From an uncultured Methanosarcinaceae archaeon (GTDB taxonomy: Archaea > Halobacteriota > Methanosarcinia > Methanosarcinales > Methanosarcinaceae): a stretch of 64,000 nucleotides of DNA. Both the position numbers and the translations under genes were made by a program. The stretch is taken from contig CAWJYV010000001.1 in the NCBI GenBank assembly GCA_963847185.1, positions 224,001-288,000 on the forward strand, read 5' to 3'. Numbering within the stretch: position 1 is the first letter of the stretch; the number at the start of each line of letters is the position of its first letter. Positions 42,569 to 52,630 of the stretch are shown here, one piece after another. Under the pieces are notes generated by a model, which saw only the letters and a list, made by a program, of their open reading frames with translations, was not told where the DNA came from and did not search any database.

Positions 42569-43662
42569 AACAGGCTCCTCAAATCCTCTTTATCCGGAGA
42601 AATTGTTTTATTGATCTCTCTAGTCTTTTCAAGGTCTGTTTTATATACGATAGTCCTGTACGGATACGGAATCTCTATTCCTTCCTTATCGAAGCGCTTT
42701 TTAATGGCTTCTCTAATTGCACATCCTGAACTGTATGCAATGCTCCTGTCCTTGAACCATACAAGCATGCGGAGATTTACTGCAAAGTCTCCCAGCTCAG
42801 TGACGTTTACTTTAACTTCTCCTCTTTCACGGAAATCAGGGTCCACGGCATGGAGTACAGGTGAGTCAAAAAATCCAACTTTAAGGGTTTCGGATTTTAT
42901 GAAACTGGGTTTTACTACGCTATATTTCAGTTCCTGGGGAGGCATAACATTCGGATGCTTCCTGGCTTCTTCAATCATTATTTTTCTTGCCAGATCAATG
43001 TCGGTATCATAGCTTATTCCTACATCTATCGGCCAGATTACCGCAGGGTCTTCGATTGTCCAGTTAATTATTGCCTCATTGCTAATTATGGAATTTGGGA
43101 TGATAAGGCGCCTGTTATCCCAGGTTATAATGACGGTATGCCTGAGGTTAAGGTCTGTGACTTTCCCGTACTCGTTCATTATATTCAGCCGGTCTCCAAC
43201 TCTGAAGGGTTGAAAAAGTGCGAGGGAAAGACCTGCAATTATGTTGCTCAACGTACTCTGGGCTGCAAAACCGAGAACAATACCTGCAATTCCTGCCCCA
43301 GTAAAGAGAGCAACAGAGAGGCTGCGAAGCCCAGGGATGCTGAATATAACAACAATAATTCCCAGGAAATAGATTGCTGCAATCGTGATGTGTCTGAACA
43401 TTCGAAAAGCGGTTGTGTTCATGCGGAGTTTGCTGCTTGCTTTTTTAAAGTAGCTCTCCATCAGGCGGTTTACAGTACGTGCAATGATAATGGTACTCAA
43501 TCCAACAAAAAGTATGAACAAAAGCGTACCGATATTAGTTGAAAACCATGCAAATGCCTGCTCTAATCCTTTGTCAACATAGGACATATTTGCTGCAAAA
43601 GAAGAGTTTTGTACTAAAGAGGGTTGGGTTTCAGGGGTTTCCATGTCCTGCAGTTTTGACAA
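42532..43662 (-). CDS. mscS: Small-conductance mechanosensitive channel
   Basis: GFAAQSTLSN, PFRVGD, IIPNS, GIEIPYP; start uncertain. Confidence 0.9.
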   Translation of the reverse strand: MSKLQDMETPETQPSLVQNSSFAANMSYVDKGLEQAFAWFSTNIGTLLFILFVGLSTIIIARTVNRLMESYFKKASSKLRMNTTAFRMFRHITIAAIYFLGIIVVIFSIPGLRSLSVALFTGAGIAGIVLGFAAQSTLSNIIAGLSLALFQPFRVGDRLNIMNEYGKVTDLNLRHTVIITWDNRRLIIPNSIISNEAIINWTIEDPAVIWPIDVGISYDTDIDLARKIMIEEARKHPNVMPPQELKYSVVKPSFIKSETLKVGFFDSPVLHAVDPDFRERGEVKVNVTELGDFAVNLRMLVWFKDRSIAYSSGCAIREAIKKRFDKEGIEIPYPYRTIVYKTDLEKTREINKTISPDKEDLRSLLKDKRELIRHQE

Positions 43663-43713
43663 GAGGCTTTAAATAAATACTGATTTAAAATAGGTTAAAA
43701 GTTATGAGGAGAC

Positions 43714-43841
43714 TAAGAGCCTATCCGAAGAGTCATATGGCATCGAGTATATCAACCTGGTTATACTGCATATACTTTCTGTTTTATGGTATAGCTATCG
43801 TAACTGTTGCGTTGGACACAGTACATTTCGAATAGGATTTA
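43714..43841. mobile_element. MITE-like element abutting the VOC stop codon
   Basis: TAAGAGCCTATCCGAA...TTTCGAATAGGATTTA imperfect IR; another matching end at 44399-44417. Confidence 0.5.
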
Positions 43842-44231
43842 AGCAGAACTATTCTGCACCATCTGTATGAGGTTGCCACAAGTGTCATCAAATACGGCAA
43901 TGATTGTTGTTTCCATTTTTGTTGGTTCTTGAGCAAATTTCACGCCAATTTTTTTCATTCGTTCGTATTCTTTTTGAATATCGTCCACGAAAAAAACTGT
44001 TAATGGTATCCCCTGATTATAAAGTGCCATTTGGAATGTTCTAGCAGCTGAATTATCGTTTGGCTCAAGAAGTAATTCAGTACCTTCAGGTTCCTCTGGA
44101 GAGACAACTGTTAACCACTTGAATTCCCCCACTGGTATATCGGTTTTCTTAACGAAGCCCAAAATCTCAGTATAAAAATTAAGAGCCTTATCCTGATCAT
44201 CTACAAGTACACTGGTTAACTTAATTCTCAT
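43839..44231 (-). CDS. VOC/glyoxalase family protein
   Basis: VDDQDKALNFYTEILGF, FDDTCGNLIQ. Confidence 0.92.
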   Translation of the reverse strand: MRIKLTSVLVDDQDKALNFYTEILGFVKKTDIPVGEFKWLTVVSPEEPEGTELLLEPNDNSAARTFQMALYNQGIPLTVFFVDDIQKEYERMKKIGVKFAQEPTKMETTIIAVFDDTCGNLIQMVQNSSA

Positions 44232-44594
44232 ATTTGCTTCCTCGAAAATATCTAATTCTATTTATAGAGTCTTCTTTGGTTTACTTAAGATGTTTACAGC
44301 TTTCCAAAGAGTAAAATAGCACGTTGTTAATTTCTCATTAGATAGAATATATCACTGTCGGTTATATTATTCCAATTTTAATAATAGTAGTTCACAACAC
44401 TTTTCGGATAGCTATAAGTGTCTCAATGTATCTCAAAAAAGAGTGCACGAAATCTTATAAAAAAGAATGGACAAACCCAATAAAAACTCCAGTAATCTAA
44501 ACAAAAAGGGCTGACAAAATTTGCAAAAGAGTATCGGAAAAATAATAGGTCATTTTCTGCATGCGATTATCCATAGTTTAAAAAAGTATTTAAG

Positions 44595-44614
44595 CCCCGC
44601 AGATTTCTGCGGGG
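44595..44614. terminator. GC-rich hairpin CCCCGCAG-ATTT-CTGCGGGG
   Basis: 8-bp perfect stem; T-run follows on the minus strand. Confidence 0.55.
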
Positions 44615-44717
44615 TATTAACCTGAAAAATGTATATGTTTGGTATTGCTATGTCATTTATTTCATTTGCTGGAAGAACTAAATTACTTTCGTTCACGCTT
44701 TTTTTGCCTTTAACGCT

Positions 44718-44786
44718 TTAGTTTTCTCCCATTTCTTTTCGGAATTCTATGTAGTCAATCTCGACTTCTTCAAGTTCGTATTCCAT
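44718..44786 (-). CDS. Candidate 22-aa acidic peptide MEYELEEVEIDYIEFRKEMGEN
   Basis: RBS AGGGGGAT, TTTATATA box ~44900-44908, downstream hairpin. Confidence 0.45.
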   Translation of the reverse strand: MEYELEEVEIDYIEFRKEMGEN

Positions 44787-45031
44787 TTTATCCCCCTATT
44801 TGTGGTTATAATAACAGTATTTTATTATTCTATTTGTTTATTTATGGAAATTTTTAATTAAAATTTCCTCTGATCCCCGTTTTGAAAAATGCTCTAAACT
44901 TATATAAAGTTTTCTGTCAACCAATGTATCATATTATTCTCTATTTAAAGTTAACATTTATTTGTCTTAATTACAATACTGTATGTCTGATTAGATATTT
45001 TTAAATGAAACTTGTTGTATTTTCTGTTTTC

Positions 45032-46228
45032 ATGCATAAAAGTTCAAAACCTGAACTCGTTCTGGGCATCAGGAATCTCGCAGGGCTTGAGGCCTGTTAC
45101 CATTATGCTGATGCTGTTTATTTCTCTACCGATAAGCTCAGCCTGAGGGCAAAAGCAAAAGAGATTACTCTGGAAAATCTCGACGATTTTGTTTCTGAGG
45201 TGAAGTACAGAGGACTGAGAGCTTATCTGGCTCTAAACTCAACAGTAAATGAAGACAGACTTGAAGATGTATCCGATGTTGTAAATGCAGCAGTAAAGGC
45301 AGAAATAGATGCCGTCATTGCCTGGGATCCTGCTGTGATTCTTAGAGCACGGAAAGCCGGGCTCAGAGTTCATATATCCACGCAGGCAAATGTTACTAAC
45401 CATGAAACTGCAGAATTTTATAAAACTGTGGGGGCAGAGCGCATCGTATTTTCGAGGGAGCTTTCCCTTAAAGAAATCAGGAAAATCAGCCAGCGGACAG
45501 AAATAGAGATTGAAGCCTTTGTCCACGGCGCGATGTGCATGGCGATTTCAGGAAGGTGTCATCTCTCGGCTTATGCGCTGGGTAAATCCGGGAATTGTGG
45601 GGAGTGCACCCAACCCTGTCGCTGGGAGTGGGAGCTTCATGGAGAGAACGGGCTTGTTGCAGAAAGCTTCGGAAAATACCTCCTTAGCGCAAAAGACCTC
45701 TGTATGATAGGGCACATTCCGGAACTTATTGAAACCGGAATTAGCTCTTTTAAGATCGAAGGAAGGCTTAGGGACCCCGTTTATCTTGAGACTGTTTCCC
45801 GCTGCTACAGGGAGGCAATTAATGCCTTTAAGGAAGGAGATTATACTCCGGAAAAAGTGAAGGTCTGGGAACGTGAACTGGCTTCTGTCTATAATAGGGG
45901 GTTTTCTACGGGTTTTTACTTTGGGGTTCCTGGTCTCGAAGGCTTTTCGTCTGAAAAAAATATGAATATGTCTGAAAAGAAGCGTCGAGCTGTGGGAGTT
46001 GTTGAGAACTATTATCCAAAAAAACAGGCTGCAGCAATCAGGCTTCTCGAAGAAGGAATTGGAGTTGGAGACAAAATATTAATTGAAGGAAGCACAACAT
46101 ATCTGAAGCAGCAGGTTAGTTCTCTAAAAAAAGATGGCAAAGACCTTAAAAGAGCTGAAAAAGGGGATGAAGTGGGCCTTTCTGTTGACGGTATAGTAAG
46201 GAGAAATGATCGTATTTTCATAATTTAA
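45032..46228 (+). CDS. Peptidase U32 family protein
   Basis: ADAVY, HISTQAN, SRELSL, HGAMCMAISGRC, GECTQPCR, KIEGR. Confidence 0.92.
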   Translation: MHKSSKPELVLGIRNLAGLEACYHYADAVYFSTDKLSLRAKAKEITLENLDDFVSEVKYRGLRAYLALNSTVNEDRLEDVSDVVNAAVKAEIDAVIAWDPAVILRARKAGLRVHISTQANVTNHETAEFYKTVGAERIVFSRELSLKEIRKISQRTEIEIEAFVHGAMCMAISGRCHLSAYALGKSGNCGECTQPCRWEWELHGENGLVAESFGKYLLSAKDLCMIGHIPELIETGISSFKIEGRLRDPVYLETVSRCYREAINAFKEGDYTPEKVKVWERELASVYNRGFSTGFYFGVPGLEGFSSEKNMNMSEKKRRAVGVVENYYPKKQAAAIRLLEEGIGVGDKILIEGSTTYLKQQVSSLKKDGKDLKRAEKGDEVGLSVDGIVRRNDRIFII

Positions 46229-46578
46229 TTAAAATATTATAACAGTATCTATTTATTAGATTCCTCCTATACGGATAACAAATTACAGGAAAGAGTCAAT
46301 TATAAAATTCCGGTAATAATTTCGATCGGCTGGACACCTTTCTATCAACAAATACTCTGTCTTTAACCCCGATTGGCCGACAAACCTTCACCCGGGTTAA
46401 CTGTTCCGATTAATACGGTCCTCTGATCGATAAACGATTGTTGATTGGAAATATTCTTGATGATAATATATCTGACCGATAAACAGTCCTCATGCATCAT
46501 GAAGACTCCTCTAAGGATTATTTTCTGGCTGAATGAGAACATTCTCCTGTTTATTCCAGAACTAGTAAAGGTGATACT

Positions 46579-47544
46579 TTGATAAGCGTCAATGAAATGG
46601 GATCCTACGTTATAGAAGAAATGCTCGACTGGAGCGAAGACCTGAAAACCGAAGTCACAAAGCTCGAAAACGGAGCTACAATAATTGACTGTGGAGTTAA
46701 AGCTGAAGGCGGATATGAAGCCGGAATGTATCTGGCAAGGCTCTGTCTGGCTGACCTTGCTGATCTTAAATACACCACCTTTGACTTGAAGGGACTTAAC
46801 TGGCCTGCCATCCAGGTAGCAACTGACAACCCCGTAATTGCCTGTATGGCTTCCCAGTATGCAGGCTGGAGAATTTCTGTTGGGAACTATTTTGGAATGG
46901 GCTCAGGTCCTGCACGTGCACTCGGTTTAAAACCAAAAGAACTCTATGAGGAGATAGGATATGAGGATGACTTTGAAGCCGCAGTCCTGGTAATGGAATC
47001 TGACAAACTTCCTGATGAGAAGGTTGTTGAGTATATTGCAAAGCACTGCAGCGTAGATCCCGAAAACGTAATGATTGCTGTTGCCCCTACGGCCTCAATT
47101 GCAGGTTCAGTCCAGATTTCGGCCAGAGTTGTAGAAACCGGAATTCACAAATTTGAATCCATAGGGTTTGACATTAACTGCATTAAGAGCGGATACGGCG
47201 TTGCTCCTATTGCTCCTGTTGTAGGAAACGATGTGCAGTGCATGGGCTCAACCAATGACTGCGTAATTTACTGCGGCGAAACCAACTACACAGTGCGCTT
47301 TGATGGGGAACTGGCAGAACTAGAAGAGTTCGTAAAGAAAGTTCCTTCAACGACTTCCAGTGACTTCGGGAAACCATTCTACCAGACCTTCAAGGCAGCA
47401 AACTTTGACTTCTTCAAGGTTGATGCAGGCATGTTCGCACCTGCCAGACTTACTGTAAACGACCTCAAGAGCACAAAAACCATAACTAGCGGTGGACTTT
47501 ATCCGGAAATTCTTCTCCAGTCCTTCGGAATAAGGCAGGTATAA
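46579..47544 (+). CDS. mch: Methenyl-tetrahydromethanopterin cyclohydrolase
   Basis: [46 protein letters not shown]; TTG start after AGGTGA. Confidence 0.96.
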   Translation: MISVNEMGSYVIEEMLDWSEDLKTEVTKLENGATIIDCGVKAEGGYEAGMYLARLCLADLADLKYTTFDLKGLNWPAIQVATDNPVIACMASQYAGWRISVGNYFGMGSGPARALGLKPKELYEEIGYEDDFEAAVLVMESDKLPDEKVVEYIAKHCSVDPENVMIAVAPTASIAGSVQISARVVETGIHKFESIGFDINCIKSGYGVAPIAPVVGNDVQCMGSTNDCVIYCGETNYTVRFDGELAELEEFVKKVPSTTSSDFGKPFYQTFKAANFDFFKVDAGMFAPARLTVNDLKSTKTITSGGLYPEILLQSFGIRQV

Positions 47545-47581
47545 AGAGTAATGTAGATATAAAGGGCAGATGCCCTTTTAT

Positions 47582-47641
47582 TTCTGTTTTGTTCTCTTCT
47601 GTTTTGTTCTCTTCTGTTTTGTTCTCTCTTCTGTTTTGTTC
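47582..47641. repeat. 15-bp tandem repeat TTCTGTTTTGTTCTC, ~4 copies
   Basis: Directly visible after the mch terminator hairpin. Confidence 0.85.
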
Positions 47642-48551
47642 AATTTTCGGTTTAATCTCTTTTTCGATCTCATTTTTCACTTTATTTTCGTCTATTAGCT
47701 TAGATACCTCAAAGAGAAAATGGTTTTCCTGATCTTGGAAACAGAAAACTGCGGAGCTCAACGGAGAGATTGCATAAAATAGACAAGCTATGAAGTGGAC
47801 TGACTTCAGACATATGACAGAGAATAACATGGGCAAGTCGGATATTTCCATCAGAACTTTCTAAGGATTTGGTTAAAAAGTTGGAAAAAAATGAATTACC
47901 TGTTTGGAAGTATCTTAAAGATTTACAAAGTGATAGCAGTAATATGTATAAACTGATAGGTACACAAATAAAATTGATTTTAACATTCGATAAGTGATAT
48001 AAAAATGCAAATATTGAGCTTAATATCTTATATGGCCTGCTAAAATAATACTTACTTTATTTAATGTATTTTTATGGAATTGTATTTATTTAATGAGCTG
48101 AAGCCACAAACTTTGAAAATCCGTTATAATCTTTATAATTGTGGAAGATATCTGGATAGCTTATGAATACCGTACCAAAAAGTATTATTTAATCTTATGA
48201 AATTGAAAAATGTAACAAGCACATTATGCAATTAATGTAAAACTATACTTTTACATATTTATATTAAGGAATAATTATGTATTAAATTATTTAATATGAC
48301 AAGTAATCATTGAAAAAAGAACTCTAGAATTGTGTCAAACGTATATTACATAACGAAAACAGGTACTGTTAGCTATAATATTCTAATCTAAATTCTTTTA
48401 ATCCTCTCAAAACTTTTCCTAAAAATCATGTTCATTTATATCCTAGAAAGTCCAAAAAAGTATAAAAAATTATAATTGTTCGGAAAACTGTATGAACTAA
48501 TTTCGTAAAGTACCAAAAATACTTTATAGTAGTACCACATAAGCCATGTTT

Positions 48552-49196
48552 GTCAACTCAGGAATTCAATAATAGTTGAATTAAGTCTTTTGAATGGAAT
48601 CTTTTCGGAAGAGAGTTGACCTGGCTAAAAGCCGTGACCAATAAAATAAGAGGCATTGACCAGAAGGGGTAATATCCCATGGTCAGTAGCAAATTTTGAG
48701 TAGGAGAAGCCAAAACTTCTCATGTCCGGCCACCTCCGATGACCAGTCCCTAGAAAGTGATTGGAGAGTGGAGACTCTGTGTGTAACTTGTCCGCCCCAC
48801 ATAAATCGCAGAGAACCGAATTGGATAAGGTTCAAAAATATTACGCAGACGTAATATGAATTTTTGAATGACAGTATAGAGCCGACCTGATTAGAGTATC
48901 TAACCCCTAATTAGATATGACTGGATATGTCGGAAAAAATGTATTACGAGTACGTAATGAATTTTAAGAAAATACTTGGGAAAAAGTATACAGTTACCCT
49001 ATAACTTTGACTATACTTCAACCCTACAACGATCCAACCCAAAGGTGATACAATGCTGAGAAAACAGCTAGGAAACCCTATTCCTGGTAACATACCCTAC
49101 TTAGGCAACCGTATCGGCTTTGGGAAAAACATACAATAACCCAAAAAAGATTTTGAGTAAGCTCGAAATCTAAAAACTCAACCCAAAGGTGATACG
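48552..49196 (+). ncRNA. Candidate large structured RNA / 5' leader (~645 nt)
   Basis: TTTATAGT box at 48523; at least ten consecutive hairpins, the first starting at the predicted TSS; no long ORF. Confidence 0.6.
49053..49139 (+). CDS. 28-aa uORF, a frameshifted copy of the downstream gene start
   Basis: MLRKQLGNPIPGNIPYLGNRIGFGKNIQ*; same CAACCCAAAGGTGATAC RBS context as 49197. Confidence 0.5.
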   Translation: MLRKQLGNPIPGNIPYLGNRIGFGKNIQ

Positions 49197-50084
49197 ATGC
49201 TAAAAAGACAACTAGGGACCCTATTCCTGGTCACATGCCTTATTTTAACAACCGTACCGACTGTATTTGGCGCTCAAAGTACACAAGTGATAACTGTTGC
49301 CGGAGATGGAAGCGGAAACTACAATGTTGATGGAAAAGACGATCACGTGCAAATTAACCAGGCTCTTGAATATGCAGCAAATAATCCAGGTACAACTGTC
49401 CACCTCAAAGGCCCATTTACATATGACATCGGCGATTCTCTTATGCTTGGCAGCAACACAATCCTTGAAGGTGATTCCAGCGTAACAATTAAACTTGCCA
49501 AAGGATTGCCAGCATGGGGTGGTCGAGAGAGCAGCATTTCAGAAAAGAAAGCCATGCTCATGATTAGAGGCAACTCTGCAAATGATGTCACAATTAGAGG
49601 CTTTACTGTTGATGGCAGTCAGTCAGACTACTATCCTAGCGTCAGGCTTGGAACTTCCATGTACAACATGGCAACACTCATAGGTGTTAACGGGCTAACA
49701 ATTGAGAAAGTTACATTCCAGAATGGTTGTAACGATGCGATGCTTATCTCAAAATCCAGCAACATAATGATAGACACAGTAACTGTAAACAAATGTGGGC
49801 ATGATGGTGTATATGCCTATCATGTAACTGGAATTACAGTTAAGAATTCCAAATTTATTAACCGGACTAACTCATCCATTAGATTAGATTCCGCTACCGA
49901 TGGAGTGATTACAAATAATGACTGTACCACGTCTGGCGGTGGATATGCAGGTGTAGAATTACAGGGAACTCTTAAAAACATAGAAATCTATGGCAACTAT
50001 TTCCATGACTTACCTGTTGATCCAATAGTACACTTAAACACAAATGAATCTAATGTGAAAATCCACGACAACAGAATCGAGTAA
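49197..50084 (+). CDS. Secreted right-handed beta-helix protein (disaggregatase-related)
   Basis: Signal peptide; VAGDGSG...DGKDDHVQINQAL...TTVHLKGPFTY typical of Methanosarcina disaggregatase-like proteins; GHDG. Confidence 0.8.
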   Translation: MLKRQLGTLFLVTCLILTTVPTVFGAQSTQVITVAGDGSGNYNVDGKDDHVQINQALEYAANNPGTTVHLKGPFTYDIGDSLMLGSNTILEGDSSVTIKLAKGLPAWGGRESSISEKKAMLMIRGNSANDVTIRGFTVDGSQSDYYPSVRLGTSMYNMATLIGVNGLTIEKVTFQNGCNDAMLISKSSNIMIDTVTVNKCGHDGVYAYHVTGITVKNSKFINRTNSSIRLDSATDGVITNNDCTTSGGGYAGVELQGTLKNIEIYGNYFHDLPVDPIVHLNTNESNVKIHDNRIE

Positions 50085-50111
50085 GTATTCTATATAAACT
50101 CGATTAAATAG

Positions 50112-50163
50112 ATAGTTTGGAAAAACTATTGCTAGAAAAACAGATGTAGTTTGGAAAAACTAC
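50112..50163 (+). repeat. Two GGAA-tetraloop hairpins in the 3' region
   Basis: ATAGTTT-GGAA-AAACTAT and GTAGTTT-GGAA-AAACTAC, 34 nt apart. Confidence 0.75.
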
Positions 50164-50638
50164 TGTTAGAAGAATGTATATTCTTCGCTGAATTATAAAG
50201 TAATAAACTGAAGAAGTGACCGGAGTAGCACCTCCGTCCTTCCTTTTAATTTTAATTCTGCTTTTGATGTGATTTTGCGTTTCTGCTATCTTTTTTCTAT
50301 TGAGTTGTTTCTGTTACATTTAAAGACCTTTGCTTCTTGAAATACGCTGCCGAGAGTCTTATTAAATATAAAATATAGTCATCGCGGTAAGCCTATTAAT
50401 TTTCTGTTTTTTGGTATTCTAGTTTCACGAGTATTTTTGGTTATCTTTAGTACCTATTCTGTGAAATTAATATGATAATAATCTTTAGTTGAAAATATAT
50501 TGGCTTTGAGATAAGAAAGGCTTTTAACTCAACCTATTTAAGGTAACGACCCCAATCTTATTTCAGAAACAAAAAGTGCTACAAATATATGCTTAAAAAA
50601 CAAGATTTTAACGAAAGGTCAATAAGGAGAAAAGTTTT

Positions 50639-51106
50639 ATGCCAATAATAAATACATCTCAAGGAGTAGGAGGCATTCTGAACAGTTTCAAGAGCATTGT
50701 GGAAGGAGCAGAAAAGATTACTTTTGTGGGAACCCCTGGTTTCTGTACCCCCTTTGCCGAACTTCTCAGTTTTGTAGTAAGAGATAGAAAACTTGCTTTT
50801 GTTTCCAACATGGATTTTGGGAAAGCGCGATCAATCCTGATGACTCCCGAGGGCATGCAGCTTGGAGAGCTCACGGATGCACACGCTGATGTTGTTGTCC
50901 TCCTGGGAGGGCTTGCTATGCCAAAAATGGGAACAAGCCCTGAAAAAGCGATAGAAATTTCCAGAAAGGTTCTCGAAAACTCGGGAAAAAAGAAGGTTAT
51001 AGGAGTATGTTTTCAGTCTATGTTTACGCAGCAGAAATGGGATGAGATAATCAGTTTTGATTACATTATCAATTCAGATCTGGCTGTCGAAGTACTTGAA
51101 ACTTGA
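50639..51106 (+). CDS. DUF2124 family methanogen protein
   Basis: GTPGFCTPFAEL, LGGLAMP, GVCFQSMF. Confidence 0.8.
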   Translation: MPIINTSQGVGGILNSFKSIVEGAEKITFVGTPGFCTPFAELLSFVVRDRKLAFVSNMDFGKARSILMTPEGMQLGELTDAHADVVVLLGGLAMPKMGTSPEKAIEISRKVLENSGKKKVIGVCFQSMFTQQKWDEIISFDYIINSDLAVEVLET

Positions 51107-51256
51107 GAGATTCTACAATTTGATTGATTTTCGGGCTTATTTCAGAACTGTTGTCCTGAAATTATTGAAACCACTATTATTTTCTTTCTTATTTAAACAT
51201 GAAATCAACACGGACAACAAGCAATTTTTCATATTTCAAAATCCGATTTATCCTTC

Positions 51257-51814
51257 ATGGCTGCCTTATGGTCCCAATCTCATAATCTTGGAATAAAACA
51301 AAAAGCTTTTTCCTGGAGAATGGACAGACATGGAAACATCTTCATAAAGAGGAAGTTCAGGAGAGGCCGATTTCCAAAGATTGATAAAATTAGCTGTAGC
51401 TATCTCGATAAGCTCTGCAAGTTCATGCAGGATATTGAGTGGAAAGGTCTTTCAAATGATGTCTCCAAGTTGTATACAGGAACTGAAAAAGAAGGTATCG
51501 GAAAATTCCTGTACAGACTCAGGCCAGAAATTCAGTATGCTCAACTCTCTAGCCATTTAGGAGCTATTTTTTACTTCTCTGAAGTATGGAAATGGAACGG
51601 GCAGAAAAGGGGTATGAAGTTTCTGTTGCTTTCAGAGGATTGGCAGGAAAATACACTGATATATTACAGGAATTCGCTGAACGCTGAAAAAGGAGGCAGT
51701 TTTCTGGATAGTTTCCTTGAAAACACGGAAGGAAAAGAACAAAAGCAGGAAGCAAAAGAAGAAACGACTCCGGAAGTCAAGCAGACAAAACTTTCAGCAT
51801 TTTTCAATATTTAA
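51257..51814 (+). CDS. Hypothetical protein (start uncertain)
   Basis: Long ORF ending QTKLSAFF, which resembles a PCNA-interacting (PIP) box. Confidence 0.55.
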   Translation: MAALWSQSHNLGIKQKAFSWRMDRHGNIFIKRKFRRGRFPKIDKISCSYLDKLCKFMQDIEWKGLSNDVSKLYTGTEKEGIGKFLYRLRPEIQYAQLSSHLGAIFYFSEVWKWNGQKRGMKFLLLSEDWQENTLIYYRNSLNAEKGGSFLDSFLENTEGKEQKQEAKEETTPEVKQTKLSAFFNI

Positions 51815-51971
51815 AGGAATATTATAGAAAATTTTAAAATAGTCATGTTACTTTAAAGTTTTTAAATTCAACACTTCTTGAAAAGTAGTTTTATAAATTT
51901 GATAAGTAAATATTATAACAGGAAAATATTATATGTATAACTGGGCGAATAGTTAAAGAGCAGGAGAAAAA

Positions 51972-52610
51972 ATGATAGCCGAAAACCTCGGGTTTTTCAT
52001 CTATACTTTCACATCCATGTTTGTGGTTGTCAGTCCAATCAGTGGAGTAGTGACTTTCATCTCCCTGACCAGCAAGATGACACAAGAGGAAAAAAACAAA
52101 ATCGCAAAAAAAGCAGTCATGCTGGCATGTTTTATTGCTCTTTCTTTTGCAATCACAGGAAGCTTTATACTTAATCTCTTCAGCATTAGTGTGGATTCAC
52201 TGCGGGTTGCCGGAGGGCTCCTGCTTTTCAGCATTGCCTTTGACATGATGCATGCTAAGGTTTCAAGAGAGAGTATTACTGATGAAGAAATTTCTCAGTC
52301 TATGGAACGAGAGGATATCTGGGTTTTTCCTATAGGTCTTCCGCTCCTTACAGGTCCGGGTACGATCAGTACTGTCATTGTTCTTATGGGTGGGGCAGAA
52401 ACCATCGAGCAAAAAATAATGATTCTTGCAGCAATTATACTGACATTTATTTTCTGTCTGTATATCTTCCTTTTCTCAAGGAGGATTCACAAACTTATTG
52501 GATATAACGGAATGCTAGTCTTTACAAGGTTGATGGGCCTGTTGCTTGCAGCTCTTGCAGTGGACCTGACTGCTCTGGGGATAATAAACATATTCCATTT
52601 AACAGTCTGA
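51972..52610 (+). CDS. MarC family membrane protein
   Basis: SLRVAGGLLL, FPIGLPLLTGPGTI, RLMGLLLAA. Confidence 0.92.
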   Translation: MIAENLGFFIYTFTSMFVVVSPISGVVTFISLTSKMTQEEKNKIAKKAVMLACFIALSFAITGSFILNLFSISVDSLRVAGGLLLFSIAFDMMHAKVSRESITDEEISQSMEREDIWVFPIGLPLLTGPGTISTVIVLMGGAETIEQKIMILAAIILTFIFCLYIFLFSRRIHKLIGYNGMLVFTRLMGLLLAALAVDLTALGIINIFHLTV

Positions 52611-52630
52611 AATAAAATAATTAATTTAAC

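Noticed and set aside
47486-47851. 121-aa ORF with EENKT repeats
   Set aside because: Product of a 15-bp tandem repeat; overlaps mch antisense
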